Positions 24,931 to 33,592 of a stretch of 64,000 nucleotides of DNA are shown here, in pieces. Origin of the DNA: Rhizobiaceae bacterium (GTDB lineage: Bacteria > Pseudomonadota > Alphaproteobacteria > Rhizobiales > Rhizobiaceae); contig OZ241973.1 in NCBI GenBank assembly GCA_965204295.1, positions 3,437,940-3,501,939 of the forward strand, given 5' to 3'. Positions within the stretch are counted from its first letter, which is position 1, and the number at the start of each line of letters is the position of its first letter. The position numbers were made by a program, and so were the translations under genes. Below the pieces are notes generated by a model. That model was not told the origin of the DNA and ran no database searches. It saw only the letters and a program-made list of their open reading frames with translations.

Positions 24931-24987
24931 GCGCGAAATCTACGCGGTCGGCCCGCTCACGGGCAAATCAAGTTTGCGTAAGCGGCC

Positions 24988-27234
24988 CTAGCCAAACCGG
25001 CCGGACCTTGGAAAGCCCTTCGGCGCCATGCGGCCGGCGCCGGCGCGCGCGCCCATCCATTCGGCGAGTTCCTTCGCCGGGCGGGTAAACGTCCGGTCGG
25101 CGGAATCCAGCCAGGCGAGTCCCTCGGCCAGCGTGAACGTTTTCACGTCTCTGACGCCGCCGTCCCTGTATTTTTGCAGCCGCACGCCCTTGCCGCGCGT
25201 CATCTGCGGAATGTCGGCCAGCGGGAAGATCAGCAGCTTCCGGTTCTCGCCGACGATCGCCAGGTGATCGCCGGCGACGGCGACGCAGTTCCTCGCTTCG
25301 TCGGGCGCCTTGACATTCATTACCTGCCTGCCCTTTCGCGTATTGGCGACGACGTCTTTTTCCGCGACGACAAACCCGTTGCCGGCATAGGAGACAACCA
25401 GAAGCTTTCGCTCCGGATCGTGCACGAAGGCGGTCACGATGTCCTGATCGTTGTCCATATCGACAATGATGCGCACGGGTTCGCCGTGGCCGCGCCCGCC
25501 CGGCAACCGGTCGGCGCCGATCGTGTAGACCTTGCCGCCGGTGGTGAAAATCAGCACCTTGTCGGTCGTCAGCGCATGGAAGGCGAGTTTCAACCTGTCG
25601 CCCTCCTTGAAGGACAGCGCCGCGAAGTCCGACAGGTGCCCCTTCATGGCGCGCAGCCAGCCCTTCTCGGAGACGACCACGGTAATCGGCTCCTTCTCGA
25701 TCATCGCCTGCTGGATGGCCTCCATGTCGTGATCGGGCGCTTCGCCGAAATCGGTGCGACGCGCGCCCTGCTCGATATCCCCGCCAAATTTCTTCTTCGC
25801 CTCGCCGATCTGGCGAGCGATCATTCGCCACTGCTTGTCGCCGGACGCGAGCAGCGCCTCGATCACTCTCTTTTCCTCGGTCAAGGCGTCGAATTCCTTG
25901 CGAATCCCGATCTCTTCCAGCTTGCGCAGGGCGCGCAGACGCATGTTGAGGATCGCTTCGGCCTGCACGTCGCTCAACCGGAAGCGGGCCATCATCACCT
26001 TTTTGGGCTCGTCCTCCTCGCGGACGATCCCGATCACCTCGTCGATATTCAGATAGGCGACGAGATATCCGCCGAGCACTTCGAGACGGCGCCCGATCCG
26101 GCCCAGCCGGTGGCGCGACCGGCGCAACAACACCTCCTTGCGGTGATCGAGCCATTCGCGCAGCACGCCGCGCAGCGACAGGACGCCGGGAACCCTGCCG
26201 CGCGACAGCACGTTCATGTTGAGCGGGATCCGGCTTTCCAGATCGGTGAGTTTGAACAGCGATTCCATCAACACGCCGGGATCGACCGAGCGGCTTTTCG
26301 GCGTCAGCACGACGCGGATGTCTTCGGCGCTTTCGTCGCGGACGTCTTCGAGGAGCGGCAGTTTCCTGGCGATCAGCAATTCGGCGATCTTCTCGATCAG
26401 CCGGGATTTCTGCACCTGATAGGGGATTTCGGTGACCGCGATCACCCAGGCGCCCCTGCCCCGTTCCTCCTTCTCCCACCGGGCGCGTACGCGAAAACCG
26501 CCGCGTCCGGTCGCATAGGCCTCGACGATCGAGGCGCGGTCATCGACAATCGTTCCGCCGGTCGGAAAATCCGGACCCGGAACCATGCCGACAAGTTTTT
26601 CGACCGTGGCGTTCGGATGTTCGATCAGATGCAACGCGGCGTCGCACAATTCGGCGGCGTTGTGCGGGGGAATCGAGGTCGCCATGCCGACCGCGATGCC
26701 GGAGGCGCCGTTGGCGAGCAGATTCGGAAACGCGCCGGGAAGCACGGCCGGCTCCTCGTCCTCCTCGTTGTAAGTCGGACGAAAATCGACCGCGTCCTCG
26801 TCGATGCCCTCGAGCAGTTCGACCGCGACATCGGTCATGCGCGCTTCGGTGTAGCGGTAGGCGGCGGCGTTGTCTCCGTCGATATTGCCGAAATTGCCCT
26901 GCCCGTCGACCAGCGGGTAACGCATGGAGAAATCCTGCGCCAGCCGCACCAGCGCGTCATAGACCGCCTGGTCGCCGTGCGGATGGAATTTGCCGATCAC
27001 GTCGCCGACGATGCGGGCGCACTTCTTGTACGCCTCGTCCGGGTCGAGGCGCAGAATGCGCATGGCATGCAGAATGCGCCGGTGGACGGGCTTCAATCCG
27101 TCGCGCACGTCCGGCAGCGCGCGGTGCATGATGGTCGAGAGCGCATAGGCGAGATAGCGCTCTTCAAGAGCCGATTTCAGATCGACCGGTTCGATATCGT
27201 CTCCGTCGCCCGGCGGAACAAGGCTTTTCCCCAT
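24988..27234 (-). CDS. parC: DNA topoisomerase IV subunit A
   Basis: 748 aa of the GyrA/ParC family ([16 protein letters not shown], active-site AAAYRYTE). The size and C-terminal domain fit ParC rather than GyrA. Confidence 0.85.
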   Translation of the reverse strand: MGKSLVPPGDGDDIEPVDLKSALEERYLAYALSTIMHRALPDVRDGLKPVHRRILHAMRILRLDPDEAYKKCARIVGDVIGKFHPHGDQAVYDALVRLAQDFSMRYPLVDGQGNFGNIDGDNAAAYRYTEARMTDVAVELLEGIDEDAVDFRPTYNEEDEEPAVLPGAFPNLLANGASGIAVGMATSIPPHNAAELCDAALHLIEHPNATVEKLVGMVPGPDFPTGGTIVDDRASIVEAYATGRGGFRVRARWEKEERGRGAWVIAVTEIPYQVQKSRLIEKIAELLIARKLPLLEDVRDESAEDIRVVLTPKSRSVDPGVLMESLFKLTDLESRIPLNMNVLSRGRVPGVLSLRGVLREWLDHRKEVLLRRSRHRLGRIGRRLEVLGGYLVAYLNIDEVIGIVREEDEPKKVMMARFRLSDVQAEAILNMRLRALRKLEEIGIRKEFDALTEEKRVIEALLASGDKQWRMIARQIGEAKKKFGGDIEQGARRTDFGEAPDHDMEAIQQAMIEKEPITVVVSEKGWLRAMKGHLSDFAALSFKEGDRLKLAFHALTTDKVLIFTTGGKVYTIGADRLPGGRGHGEPVRIIVDMDNDQDIVTAFVHDPERKLLVVSYAGNGFVVAEKDVVANTRKGRQVMNVKAPDEARNCVAVAGDHLAIVGENRKLLIFPLADIPQMTRGKGVRLQKYRDGGVRDVKTFTLAEGLAWLDSADRTFTRPAKELAEWMGARAGAGRMAPKGFPRSGRFG

Positions 27235-27396
27235 GTTCGCGGGTTAACCGGACAAGTGATTCGTGGCAAGTGGGAGCGTTCGTGGCGGCGGCGACCCTCT
27301 CGCCTTCCCCGGAGAAGCGAAGCGGTTTGACAAATATCAATGTAAAATGCCGTGGCCGGTTCATGCTGCCACGGTCGGTTTATCCCATGGAGGTTG

Positions 27397-27816
27397 ATGA
27401 TGGTCGAACAAATGCACACGGCCGGCTGGTGGCCCGGCATCTACGAACCCCTGCGCGGTTTCGGGCGGAAAGTCGCCGATTGGATCGCACCGCGGTCCGA
27501 TGCTTCCACGGATGAGGATTTTTATGAAATCAACATCGAACTGCCGGGTGTGAAGCCCGGCGATGTGGACGTGTCCGTTCACGACGGAAGCGTCATGATA
27601 AAAGGCGAGAAGCACTTCGAGCGCGAGAAAAAGGGCCGGACGTTCTTCTTCTCGGAACGCGAATATGGCTCGTTTCAACGCACGTTCCGTCTGCCCGCCG
27701 ACGCCGACGCCGGCAAGATCGACGCGGAGTTCGGCAACGGCGTGCTGTGTCTGAAGATCGCCAGGGCCGTGCAGAAACGGTCCGAGGGCAGGAAAATCGA
27801 CGTGCGGTCGGCCTGA
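27397..27816 (+). CDS. Hsp20/alpha-crystallin family small heat-shock protein
   Basis: Alpha-crystallin domain (YEINIELPGVKPGDVDVSV...FQRTFRLP...GVLCLKI). A GGAGG SD sits 5-8 nt upstream of tandem ATGs at 27397/27400. Confidence 0.85.
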   Translation: MMVEQMHTAGWWPGIYEPLRGFGRKVADWIAPRSDASTDEDFYEINIELPGVKPGDVDVSVHDGSVMIKGEKHFEREKKGRTFFFSEREYGSFQRTFRLPADADAGKIDAEFGNGVLCLKIARAVQKRSEGRKIDVRSA

Positions 27817-28138
27817 TGCGCCCGGGCGTCCGCCGAACCCGGCGGCCCGAAAACCGGACGGAGCGGATATTTTCCCGCAAATGACATCGACCGGCCAATC
27901 CTGACCGGTCATGTCCGGCGCGGGCGTGTTCCATCCTCGTTGACGCGGATCGAAACGGAACAGTGAAGACGCATTCCGCCCGATGCCGCCGGCAGGCGGC
28001 ATATACTCGCCAGCTCGCGGTCCGCGCGGTCGAAACCGGACAAATCATGGCGGGTAAACGCCGGACGACGGCGATTCTCCGACAGCGGGAACGGCGAAAC
28101 CGTCTATAGATCGAAAATCCGCTTCGGCAAAAGGCGCC

Positions 28139-29374
28139 ATGTCCTCCGTCCGCCCGCTGATTCCCCTCCTGATCGCCGCCGGCATATTGCTGGCGGGCAA
28201 CGGGCTGCAAGGCACGCTGATCGCGCTGCGCGGAGCGGCGGAAGGATTTTCGGCGTCGATCATCGGCCTGATGGGAACGACCTATTTCGGCGGCTTCCTG
28301 ATCGGATGCCTGACGATGCCGCGCCTGCTGCAATCGGTCGGCCATATCCGAACCTTCGCGGCCCTCGCCGCCATCGCCGCGTCGGCCTCGCTGGCGCTGG
28401 TTCTTCTGGTCGAACCGGTTATCTGGATGACGATGCGGTTCGTGACCGGGTTCTGCTTCTCGGGCCTGTTCATGACCGTCGATAGCTGGATAAATTCCGG
28501 CGTCTCCAACAAGGACCGCGCCGGCGTGCTGTCGATATACCGCATCGTCGACATCGTCGCCGTCACCGGTTCGCAATATCTGATTCCGGTCTTCGGCGCG
28601 GACGGTTTCACCATTTTCGCGATCATGGCGATGATGATCTGCCTGTCGCTGGTTCCGGTTTCGGTCGCCGACCGGTCAAATCCCGAACCGCCCGAGGCGT
28701 TCGGCCTCGACCTGAAATCGGTCTGGATCACCTCTCCGCTCGCCTGCCTCGGCAGCCTGGCCATCGGTTTGACCAACAGCGCCTTCCGGCTGGTCGGGCC
28801 GGTCTACGCTCAGAACATCGGTTTGTCGGTCGCCGATGTCGCGACATTCATGAGCGCCGGCATTCTTGGCGGCGCCATTCTGCAATATCCCATGGGCTAT
28901 CTGTCCGACCGCGGCGACCGGCGTTACGTATTGCTGATGGCGACGACCGGCGCCGTTCTCGCGGGCCTGGGCCTCACCTATCTGGCGGGTGATTCGCCCT
29001 GGCGCAATTTCATCGGGATATTCCTGTTCGGAGCGTTCTCGCTGCCGCTCTATTCGCTGGCCGCGGCGCACGCCAACGACCACGCGAAAAGAGGGCAGTT
29101 CGTGCAGGTGGCGGCGGGTCTGTTGTTTTTCTTCTCGCTTGGAGCGACCGTCGGACCGGCGACCGCCGCCGCCTTTGTCGAGTTTGGCGGCCCGAAGCTG
29201 CTCTTCAACTACATCAGTCTCATTCATGCGCTGCTGATCTTCGCCACGATCTGGCGTATGCGGGCCCGCGCGGCGGTTCCGGTCGCGGGGCGCAGGCGGT
29301 TTTCCGGCCTGCTGCGCACATCGGCGTCCTTCAACAGGATCGCCCGCAAACCCGGCAGGGGGCGCGGCAAATAA
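28139..29374 (+). CDS. MFS transporter
   Basis: 411 aa, 12 predicted TM helices. Confidence 0.75.
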   Translation: MSSVRPLIPLLIAAGILLAGNGLQGTLIALRGAAEGFSASIIGLMGTTYFGGFLIGCLTMPRLLQSVGHIRTFAALAAIAASASLALVLLVEPVIWMTMRFVTGFCFSGLFMTVDSWINSGVSNKDRAGVLSIYRIVDIVAVTGSQYLIPVFGADGFTIFAIMAMMICLSLVPVSVADRSNPEPPEAFGLDLKSVWITSPLACLGSLAIGLTNSAFRLVGPVYAQNIGLSVADVATFMSAGILGGAILQYPMGYLSDRGDRRYVLLMATTGAVLAGLGLTYLAGDSPWRNFIGIFLFGAFSLPLYSLAAAHANDHAKRGQFVQVAAGLLFFFSLGATVGPATAAAFVEFGGPKLLFNYISLIHALLIFATIWRMRARAAVPVAGRRRFSGLLRTSASFNRIARKPGRGRGK

Positions 29375-29434
29375 GTCCGGTCGGGATTCGAATCGGTTGC
29401 AGACAAACAAAATGTTTTTGTCTAATAGGCGCGC

Positions 29435-30595
29435 ATGGAATTGATCAGCACGACGACCGCGCTCCGGGACGCGGTATCCGAACTTTCCAGGTCCGAATTC
29501 ATTACCGTCGACACCGAGTTCATCCGTGAAACGACATTCTGGCCGGAGTTGTGCCTGATCCAGATGGCGGCGCCGGGAACCGAAGCGATGGTCGACGCGC
29601 TGGCGCCGGGCCTCGACCTGGAACCGTTTTTCGGCCTGATGGGCGACGAGGCGGTGGTCAAGGTGTTTCACGCCGCGCGCCAGGACATCGAGATCGTTTT
29701 TCATCGCGGCGGCCTGATTCCGCATCCGGTGTTCGATACGCAGGTCGCGGCCATGGTTTGCGGATTCGGCGACAGCGTCTCCTACGATCAGCTTGTCCAG
29801 AGAATTACCGGCAATTCGATTGACAAGTCATCCCGCTTCACCGATTGGCGCCGCCGCCCGTTGTCGCAGAAACAACTGGCCTATGCGCTCGCCGACGTGA
29901 CATATCTCATCGACGTCTACCGCCGCCTCGAAGCCGAATTGCGGCGCGAGAACCGCGCGCATTGGCTGGAGGACGAGATGGAGGCGCTTACGGCGCGCGA
30001 AACCTACGACATCCGTCCGGAAGAAGCCTGGAACCGGCTCAGGAAACGATTGAGAAAGCCGGCGGAACTGGCCGTCATGCGATCCGTCGCCGCCTGGCGC
30101 GAGCGGGAGGCGCGGTCCCGGAACGTACCGCGCGGGCGCGTGTTGAAGGACGACGCGATTTACGAGATCGCGCAACAACAACCGACGGACCCGGAAAAAC
30201 TGAGCCGGCTGAGAACCATACCGCGTGGCCGGAAACGTTCGGGCGACGTCGCCGGCCTGCTGAAGGCGGTCAACGACGCGCTCGCGCTGCCGCGCGACCG
30301 GATGCCGAGCCCGCTCAAGCCGAAACGCCCGCCAAACGGCGCCGCCGCGGCGGCGGAACTCCTGAAAGTGTTATTGCGGATGACGTCGGAGGATTCGGGC
30401 GTAGCGGCCAGGGTTCTCGCCTCCGGCGACGATATCGACAAACTGGCCGCCGAGGGCGAAAAGGCCGACATTCCGGCGCTGAACGGCTGGCGTCGCGAAG
30501 TGTTCGGCGATCCCGCGCTAAAACTGATCCGTGGCGAGACCGCGCTTCGCTACAGGAACGGCAAGGTGGCGACGGAGGAATGCCGGCCGGGATGA
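29435..30595 (+). CDS. rnd: Ribonuclease D
   Basis: DEDD 3'-5' exonuclease motifs (ITVDTEF, FHAARQDIE, YALADVTYL) followed by an HRDC region. Confidence 0.9.
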   Translation: MELISTTTALRDAVSELSRSEFITVDTEFIRETTFWPELCLIQMAAPGTEAMVDALAPGLDLEPFFGLMGDEAVVKVFHAARQDIEIVFHRGGLIPHPVFDTQVAAMVCGFGDSVSYDQLVQRITGNSIDKSSRFTDWRRRPLSQKQLAYALADVTYLIDVYRRLEAELRRENRAHWLEDEMEALTARETYDIRPEEAWNRLRKRLRKPAELAVMRSVAAWREREARSRNVPRGRVLKDDAIYEIAQQQPTDPEKLSRLRTIPRGRKRSGDVAGLLKAVNDALALPRDRMPSPLKPKRPPNGAAAAAELLKVLLRMTSEDSGVAARVLASGDDIDKLAAEGEKADIPALNGWRREVFGDPALKLIRGETALRYRNGKVATEECRPG

Positions 30596-30629
30596 CCCCC
30601 CGCCGGCCCGGTGCGCCATGCGTATCGCC

Positions 30630-31601
30630 TCAGGCGGCTTTGCGCCGGGGCATGTAGGAGGGCGGTGCGATGCCGAGCGCCTCGCGAAGGTCGGGCGGAA
30701 CGAGCCGGTGCGCCGATATGCGCGCAAACGGCATTTCCGCGATCAGACGGTCGGCCCCGGCGATTTCGAGATATTCGTCGTAATTGTCGAAGCCGGACCG
30801 GCCGACATAATCGATAAAGCTCTCCGCGGGAACGCCGTTGGCGACGACGCACTCGTGGTTCTCAAGCTCCACATGCCACCAGACGAATTTCGTCGGCATG
30901 TCCGAAAGCGGCAGGAAGCGGATTGGTGTTCCGTCCTCCGCCAGCGTGCCGGCGTTGATCAGCATATCGCCGAACAGCAGGGCGTGATCGGCGGTCACGG
31001 TCAGCGGTCTGTTCGGCAGGTCCGGGCCGAGGGCGCCGGCGTCGATGCGCACGGGCTTGCGTCCGAGTTCGACGCCGCGCGGGTTGGCGACGGTCTGCCG
31101 CGCCACCCAGATCGCCGGCGTCGACCTGCCGTCATGGGTCACGACCCGGTCGCCGGGTTTCAGGGTTTCGATGGCCTTTTCGCCGTCCGGCGTGGCGATC
31201 CTCGTTCCGGTCGCGAAGCAGTTGAAGACCTGCGCCCCGTTTCCCGTGTAGACCGACGTGAAGCCCCCTGCCGTCAGGGGCGCGAGGTTTGCGTCCGCCA
31301 GGTTGTAGGGGATGTAATATTGTGCTTCTCCGCCGCCGAACTGCCTGCCGCCGCCGCCGGACTGCCTGCCGAAAATGGCGTAGGTCTCGCCTTCGAATCC
31401 GATCGTGTACCCCGTGAAGACGTTCTCGCGCGCCAAGAACGAGTCCGCGCCGACATCCAGGAGGCCGTCATCTCCGGAATTGACCATGCCCGATGATTGT
31501 TGCCGGATGGAGGCGGAAGTCCACGAGATGCTCCCGCCCGGCTGGTTGACGACATCCATGCCGGGTAGGCTTATAAAAATGTAATGAGAAAATGTAGCCA
31601 C
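30630..31601 (-). CDS. Hint (Hedgehog/intein-like, bacterial intein-like) domain protein, paralog 1
   Basis: A 127-aa divergent N-module, then N|CFATGT...TADH...VANGVPAESF, which matches the Cys1 and TxxH blocks of Hint/BIL domains. GTG start with an AAGGAGA SD. Confidence 0.8.
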   Translation of the reverse strand: MATFSHYIFISLPGMDVVNQPGGSISWTSASIRQQSSGMVNSGDDGLLDVGADSFLARENVFTGYTIGFEGETYAIFGRQSGGGGRQFGGGEAQYYIPYNLADANLAPLTAGGFTSVYTGNGAQVFNCFATGTRIATPDGEKAIETLKPGDRVVTHDGRSTPAIWVARQTVANPRGVELGRKPVRIDAGALGPDLPNRPLTVTADHALLFGDMLINAGTLAEDGTPIRFLPLSDMPTKFVWWHVELENHECVVANGVPAESFIDYVGRSGFDNYDEYLEIAGADRLIAEMPFARISAHRLVPPDLREALGIAPPSYMPRRKAA

Positions 31602-31739
31602 GGGCCGTCTCCTTTCAGTCCCGGGGAGCGACCCGGCGGAAACCCGCGAGGCAAACGCCCCGGTCAGATGCCGGTTGCCCGACAGTCCGTCTTCACACCC
31701 ATGCCGCCGATTTGGGAAACGGGCGCGTCATACTTCAAT

Positions 31740-31775
31740 GGCGACGCACCGCTTGATGACGACGCCCCGCTTGAT
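31740..31775. repeat. Two-unit 18-bp tandem repeat in the 5' leader of Hint paralog 1
   Basis: ggcgacgcaccgcttgat / gacgacgccccgcttgat. Same family as the long arrays upstream of paralogs 2 and 3. Confidence 0.8.
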
Positions 31776-31779
31776 GGGC

Positions 31780-31807
31780 ATTGTACGGCCCCGACACGGA
31801 CCGTCAA
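31780..31807 (-). promoter_or_regulatory. Predicted sigma70-type promoter of Hint paralog 1
   Basis: Gene-sense strand reads TTGACG-16 nt-TACAAT. The same architecture is conserved upstream of all paralogs. The repeat begins 4-5 nt after the -10 box. Confidence 0.5.
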
Positions 31808-31872
31808 GGGGCCCTTCCGCACCCGGACGCCGGCGCGAGAAAAGAGCGCGCGCCCGCCGCGTCACGCCATGC

Positions 31873-31980
31873 GCCGGTCTTCAAACGCCTTTCAAACGCC
31901 CTTCGAAACGGTTTTGAGGGGCCTTCGGGCGAAAACGCCGGACAGCGCCCTTGAGGGAGCGCCGCCGCCGTCTCCTTGCG
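31873..31980. repeat. Conserved ~110-nt 3' element of the Hint unit (copy downstream of paralog 2)
   Basis: Near-identical to 33483..33592 and similar to 41443..41554 (tcttcaaacgcctttcaaacgcccttcgaaacgg...gaggggccttcgggcgaaaacgcc...). Confidence 0.8.
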
Positions 31981-32946
31981 TCAGGCGGCGGTTTTCCGGG
32001 GGGCGGCGATAAGAGGCCGCCGGGCGATGGCCGGCAATCCCCGCAACCCGTTCGCCGGCAACAGACGCCGCGCCGATATGCGCGCAAACGGCATTTCCTT
32101 AATCAGACGGTCCGCGCCCACAAGGTCGAGATACTCGTCGTAATTGTCGAAGCCGGACCGGCCGACATAATCGATAAAGCTTTCCGCGGGAACGCCGCCA
32201 TTGGCCAGAACGACCTCGTGGTTCTCAAGCTCCACATGCCACCAGGTGAATTTCGTCGGCATGTCCTCAAGCGGCAGGAAGCGGACCGGGGTTCCGTCCT
32301 CCGCCAGCGTGCCGGCGTTGACCAGCATGTCGCCGAACAGCAGGGCGTGGTCGGCGGTCACGGTCAGCGGTCTGTTCGGCAGGTTCGGGCCGAGCGCGCC
32401 GGCGTCGATGCGCACGGGCTTTCGTCCGAGTTCGACGCCGCGCGGGTTGGCGACGGTCTGCCTCGCCACCCAGATCGCCGGCGTCGACCTGCCGTCATGG
32501 GTCACGACCCGGTCGCCGGGTTGCAGCGTTTCGATGGCCTTTTCGCCGTCAGGCGTCAGAATCGTCGTTCCGGTGGCGAAGCAGTTGGAGACATCGGCTC
32601 CGGTGGGGATGTAACCCGTCGAACTGCCCCTAACCAAGGGCGCGAGGTCATGCTGCGCCGCGTTGTAGGGGATGAAATAAGTGTCCGGTTCGACGGTGCC
32701 CGTACTACCGAAAATGGCGTAGGTCCGGCCTTCGTATTCGACCACGTACCCCGTGTAGACGATGGGTGGGCTTACTCTTCCTAACTGGTCGACGTTTCGA
32801 TCCAGAAGCCCATCGGGTCCGGAATCGACACTGGATGGTAAATTAACGGCGGCGCCATTACTCCACGAGATTGAACCGTCCGGCCCGCCGGGGGTTACGT
32901 GCACGTTAGTTAACCGGATGACATGAGTGAATGATACATCAGCCAC
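31981..32946 (-). CDS. Hint/BIL domain protein, paralog 2
   Basis: The Hint module is over 90 percent identical by eye to paralogs 1 and 3, while the N-module is divergent. The start is set to the GTG (ADVSFTHVI) that aligns with the paralog starts. An in-frame upstream ATG at 33066 is an alternative. Confidence 0.7.
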   Translation of the reverse strand: MADVSFTHVIRLTNVHVTPGGPDGSISWSNGAAVNLPSSVDSGPDGLLDRNVDQLGRVSPPIVYTGYVVEYEGRTYAIFGSTGTVEPDTYFIPYNAAQHDLAPLVRGSSTGYIPTGADVSNCFATGTTILTPDGEKAIETLQPGDRVVTHDGRSTPAIWVARQTVANPRGVELGRKPVRIDAGALGPNLPNRPLTVTADHALLFGDMLVNAGTLAEDGTPVRFLPLEDMPTKFTWWHVELENHEVVLANGGVPAESFIDYVGRSGFDNYDEYLDLVGADRLIKEMPFARISARRLLPANGLRGLPAIARRPLIAAPRKTAA

Positions 32947-33074
32947 GAATAATCTCAACGGGGAACGCACCGGCGGAAAACCGCGGGCAGACGTTCCGGT
33001 CAGATGCCGGTTGCCCGACGGCCTGTCCTCACACCCATGCCACCGATAAGGAAACGGGCGCGTCATACTTCATT

Positions 33075-33378
33075 GGCGACGCACCGCTTGGGCGACGCAC
33101 CGCTTGGGCGACGCACCGCTTGGGCGACGCACCGCTTGGGCGACGCACCGCTTGGGCGACGCACCGCTTGGGCGACGCACCGCTTGGGCGACGCACCGCT
33201 TGGGCGACGCACCGCTTGGGCGACGCACCGCTTGGGCGACGCACCGCTTGGGCGACGCACCGCTTGGGCGACGCACCGCTTGGGCGACGCACCGCTTGGG
33301 CGACGCACCGCTTGGGCGACGCACCGCTTGGGCGACGCACCGCTTGGGCGACGCACCGCTTGGGCGACGCACCGCTTG
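33075..33378. repeat. 19 perfect tandem copies of a 16-bp unit (GGCGACGCACCGCTTG) in the 5' leader of Hint paralog 2
   Basis: Counted directly: 304 bp = 19 x 16 with no visible substitutions. All six frames are open across it. Confidence 0.95.
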
Positions 33379-33383
33379 ATTCC

Positions 33384-33411
33384 ATTATATGGCCCCGACA
33401 CGGACGGTCAA
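33384..33411 (-). promoter_or_regulatory. Predicted sigma70-type promoter of Hint paralog 2
   Basis: Gene-sense strand reads TTGACC-16 nt-TATAAT. The repeat array begins 5 nt downstream of the -10 box. Confidence 0.55.
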
Positions 33412-33482
33412 GAGGCTTTTCCGCACCCGTCGGGACACGGCCCGGCGCGCCTTGGTCACGGATTTCGACTCCGTGATTTGAC

Positions 33483-33592
33483 GCCGGTCTTAAAGCGCCT
33501 TGCAAACGCCCTTCGAAACGCGGTTTTGAGGGGCCTTCGGGCGAAAACGCCGGACAGCGCCCTTGAGGGAGCGCCGCCGCCGTCTCCTTGCG
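33483..33592. repeat. Conserved ~110-nt 3' element of the Hint unit (copy downstream of paralog 3)
   Basis: Aligns with 31873..31980 and 41443..41554. Confidence 0.8.

Noticed and set aside
24968-27330. A 718-aa plus-strand ORF and a 503-aa alternative-frame ORF overlapping parC. Similar large shadow ORFs overlap ppk1 (36782-38272), the FAD monooxygenase (39869-41308), the ABC genes (48582-50000, 48802-50331), hppA, glyA, tuf and others.
   Set aside because: High-GC genomes generate long stop-free antisense or off-frame ORFs. In each case another frame encodes a clearly recognisable conserved protein, and the shadow translations are Arg/Pro/Gly-rich with no motifs.
27300-27396. A ROSE-type RNA thermometer upstream of hsp20.
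   Set aside because: A 7-bp hairpin (CCGTGGC...GCCACGG) exists. However, I could not find the anti-SD pairing (U(U/C)GCU opposite the SD with a bulged G) that defines ROSE elements. An Infernal scan would be needed.
29401-29425. An AT-rich hairpin AGACAAA-(9 nt)-TTTGTCT between the MFS gene and rnd, as a possible terminator.
   Set aside because: The stem is weak and AT-rich, and no U-tract follows it. It may be a terminator or a promoter-region feature, but the evidence is insufficient.
33027-33066. A conserved upstream ORF starting ATGACGCGCCCG (MTRP...) in the Hint leaders.
   Set aside because: The ATG is conserved, but the reading frame and length are not: 12 codons in paralog 1, about 37 in paralog 3, and in-frame with the gene in paralog 2. 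Indels between copies break the frame, so the conservation looks nucleotide-level rather than peptide-level.
33075-33378. A possible CRISPR array.
   Set aside because: The units are directly abutting 16-bp repeats with no spacers. The unit is far shorter than CRISPR repeats and no cas genes are present in the window.
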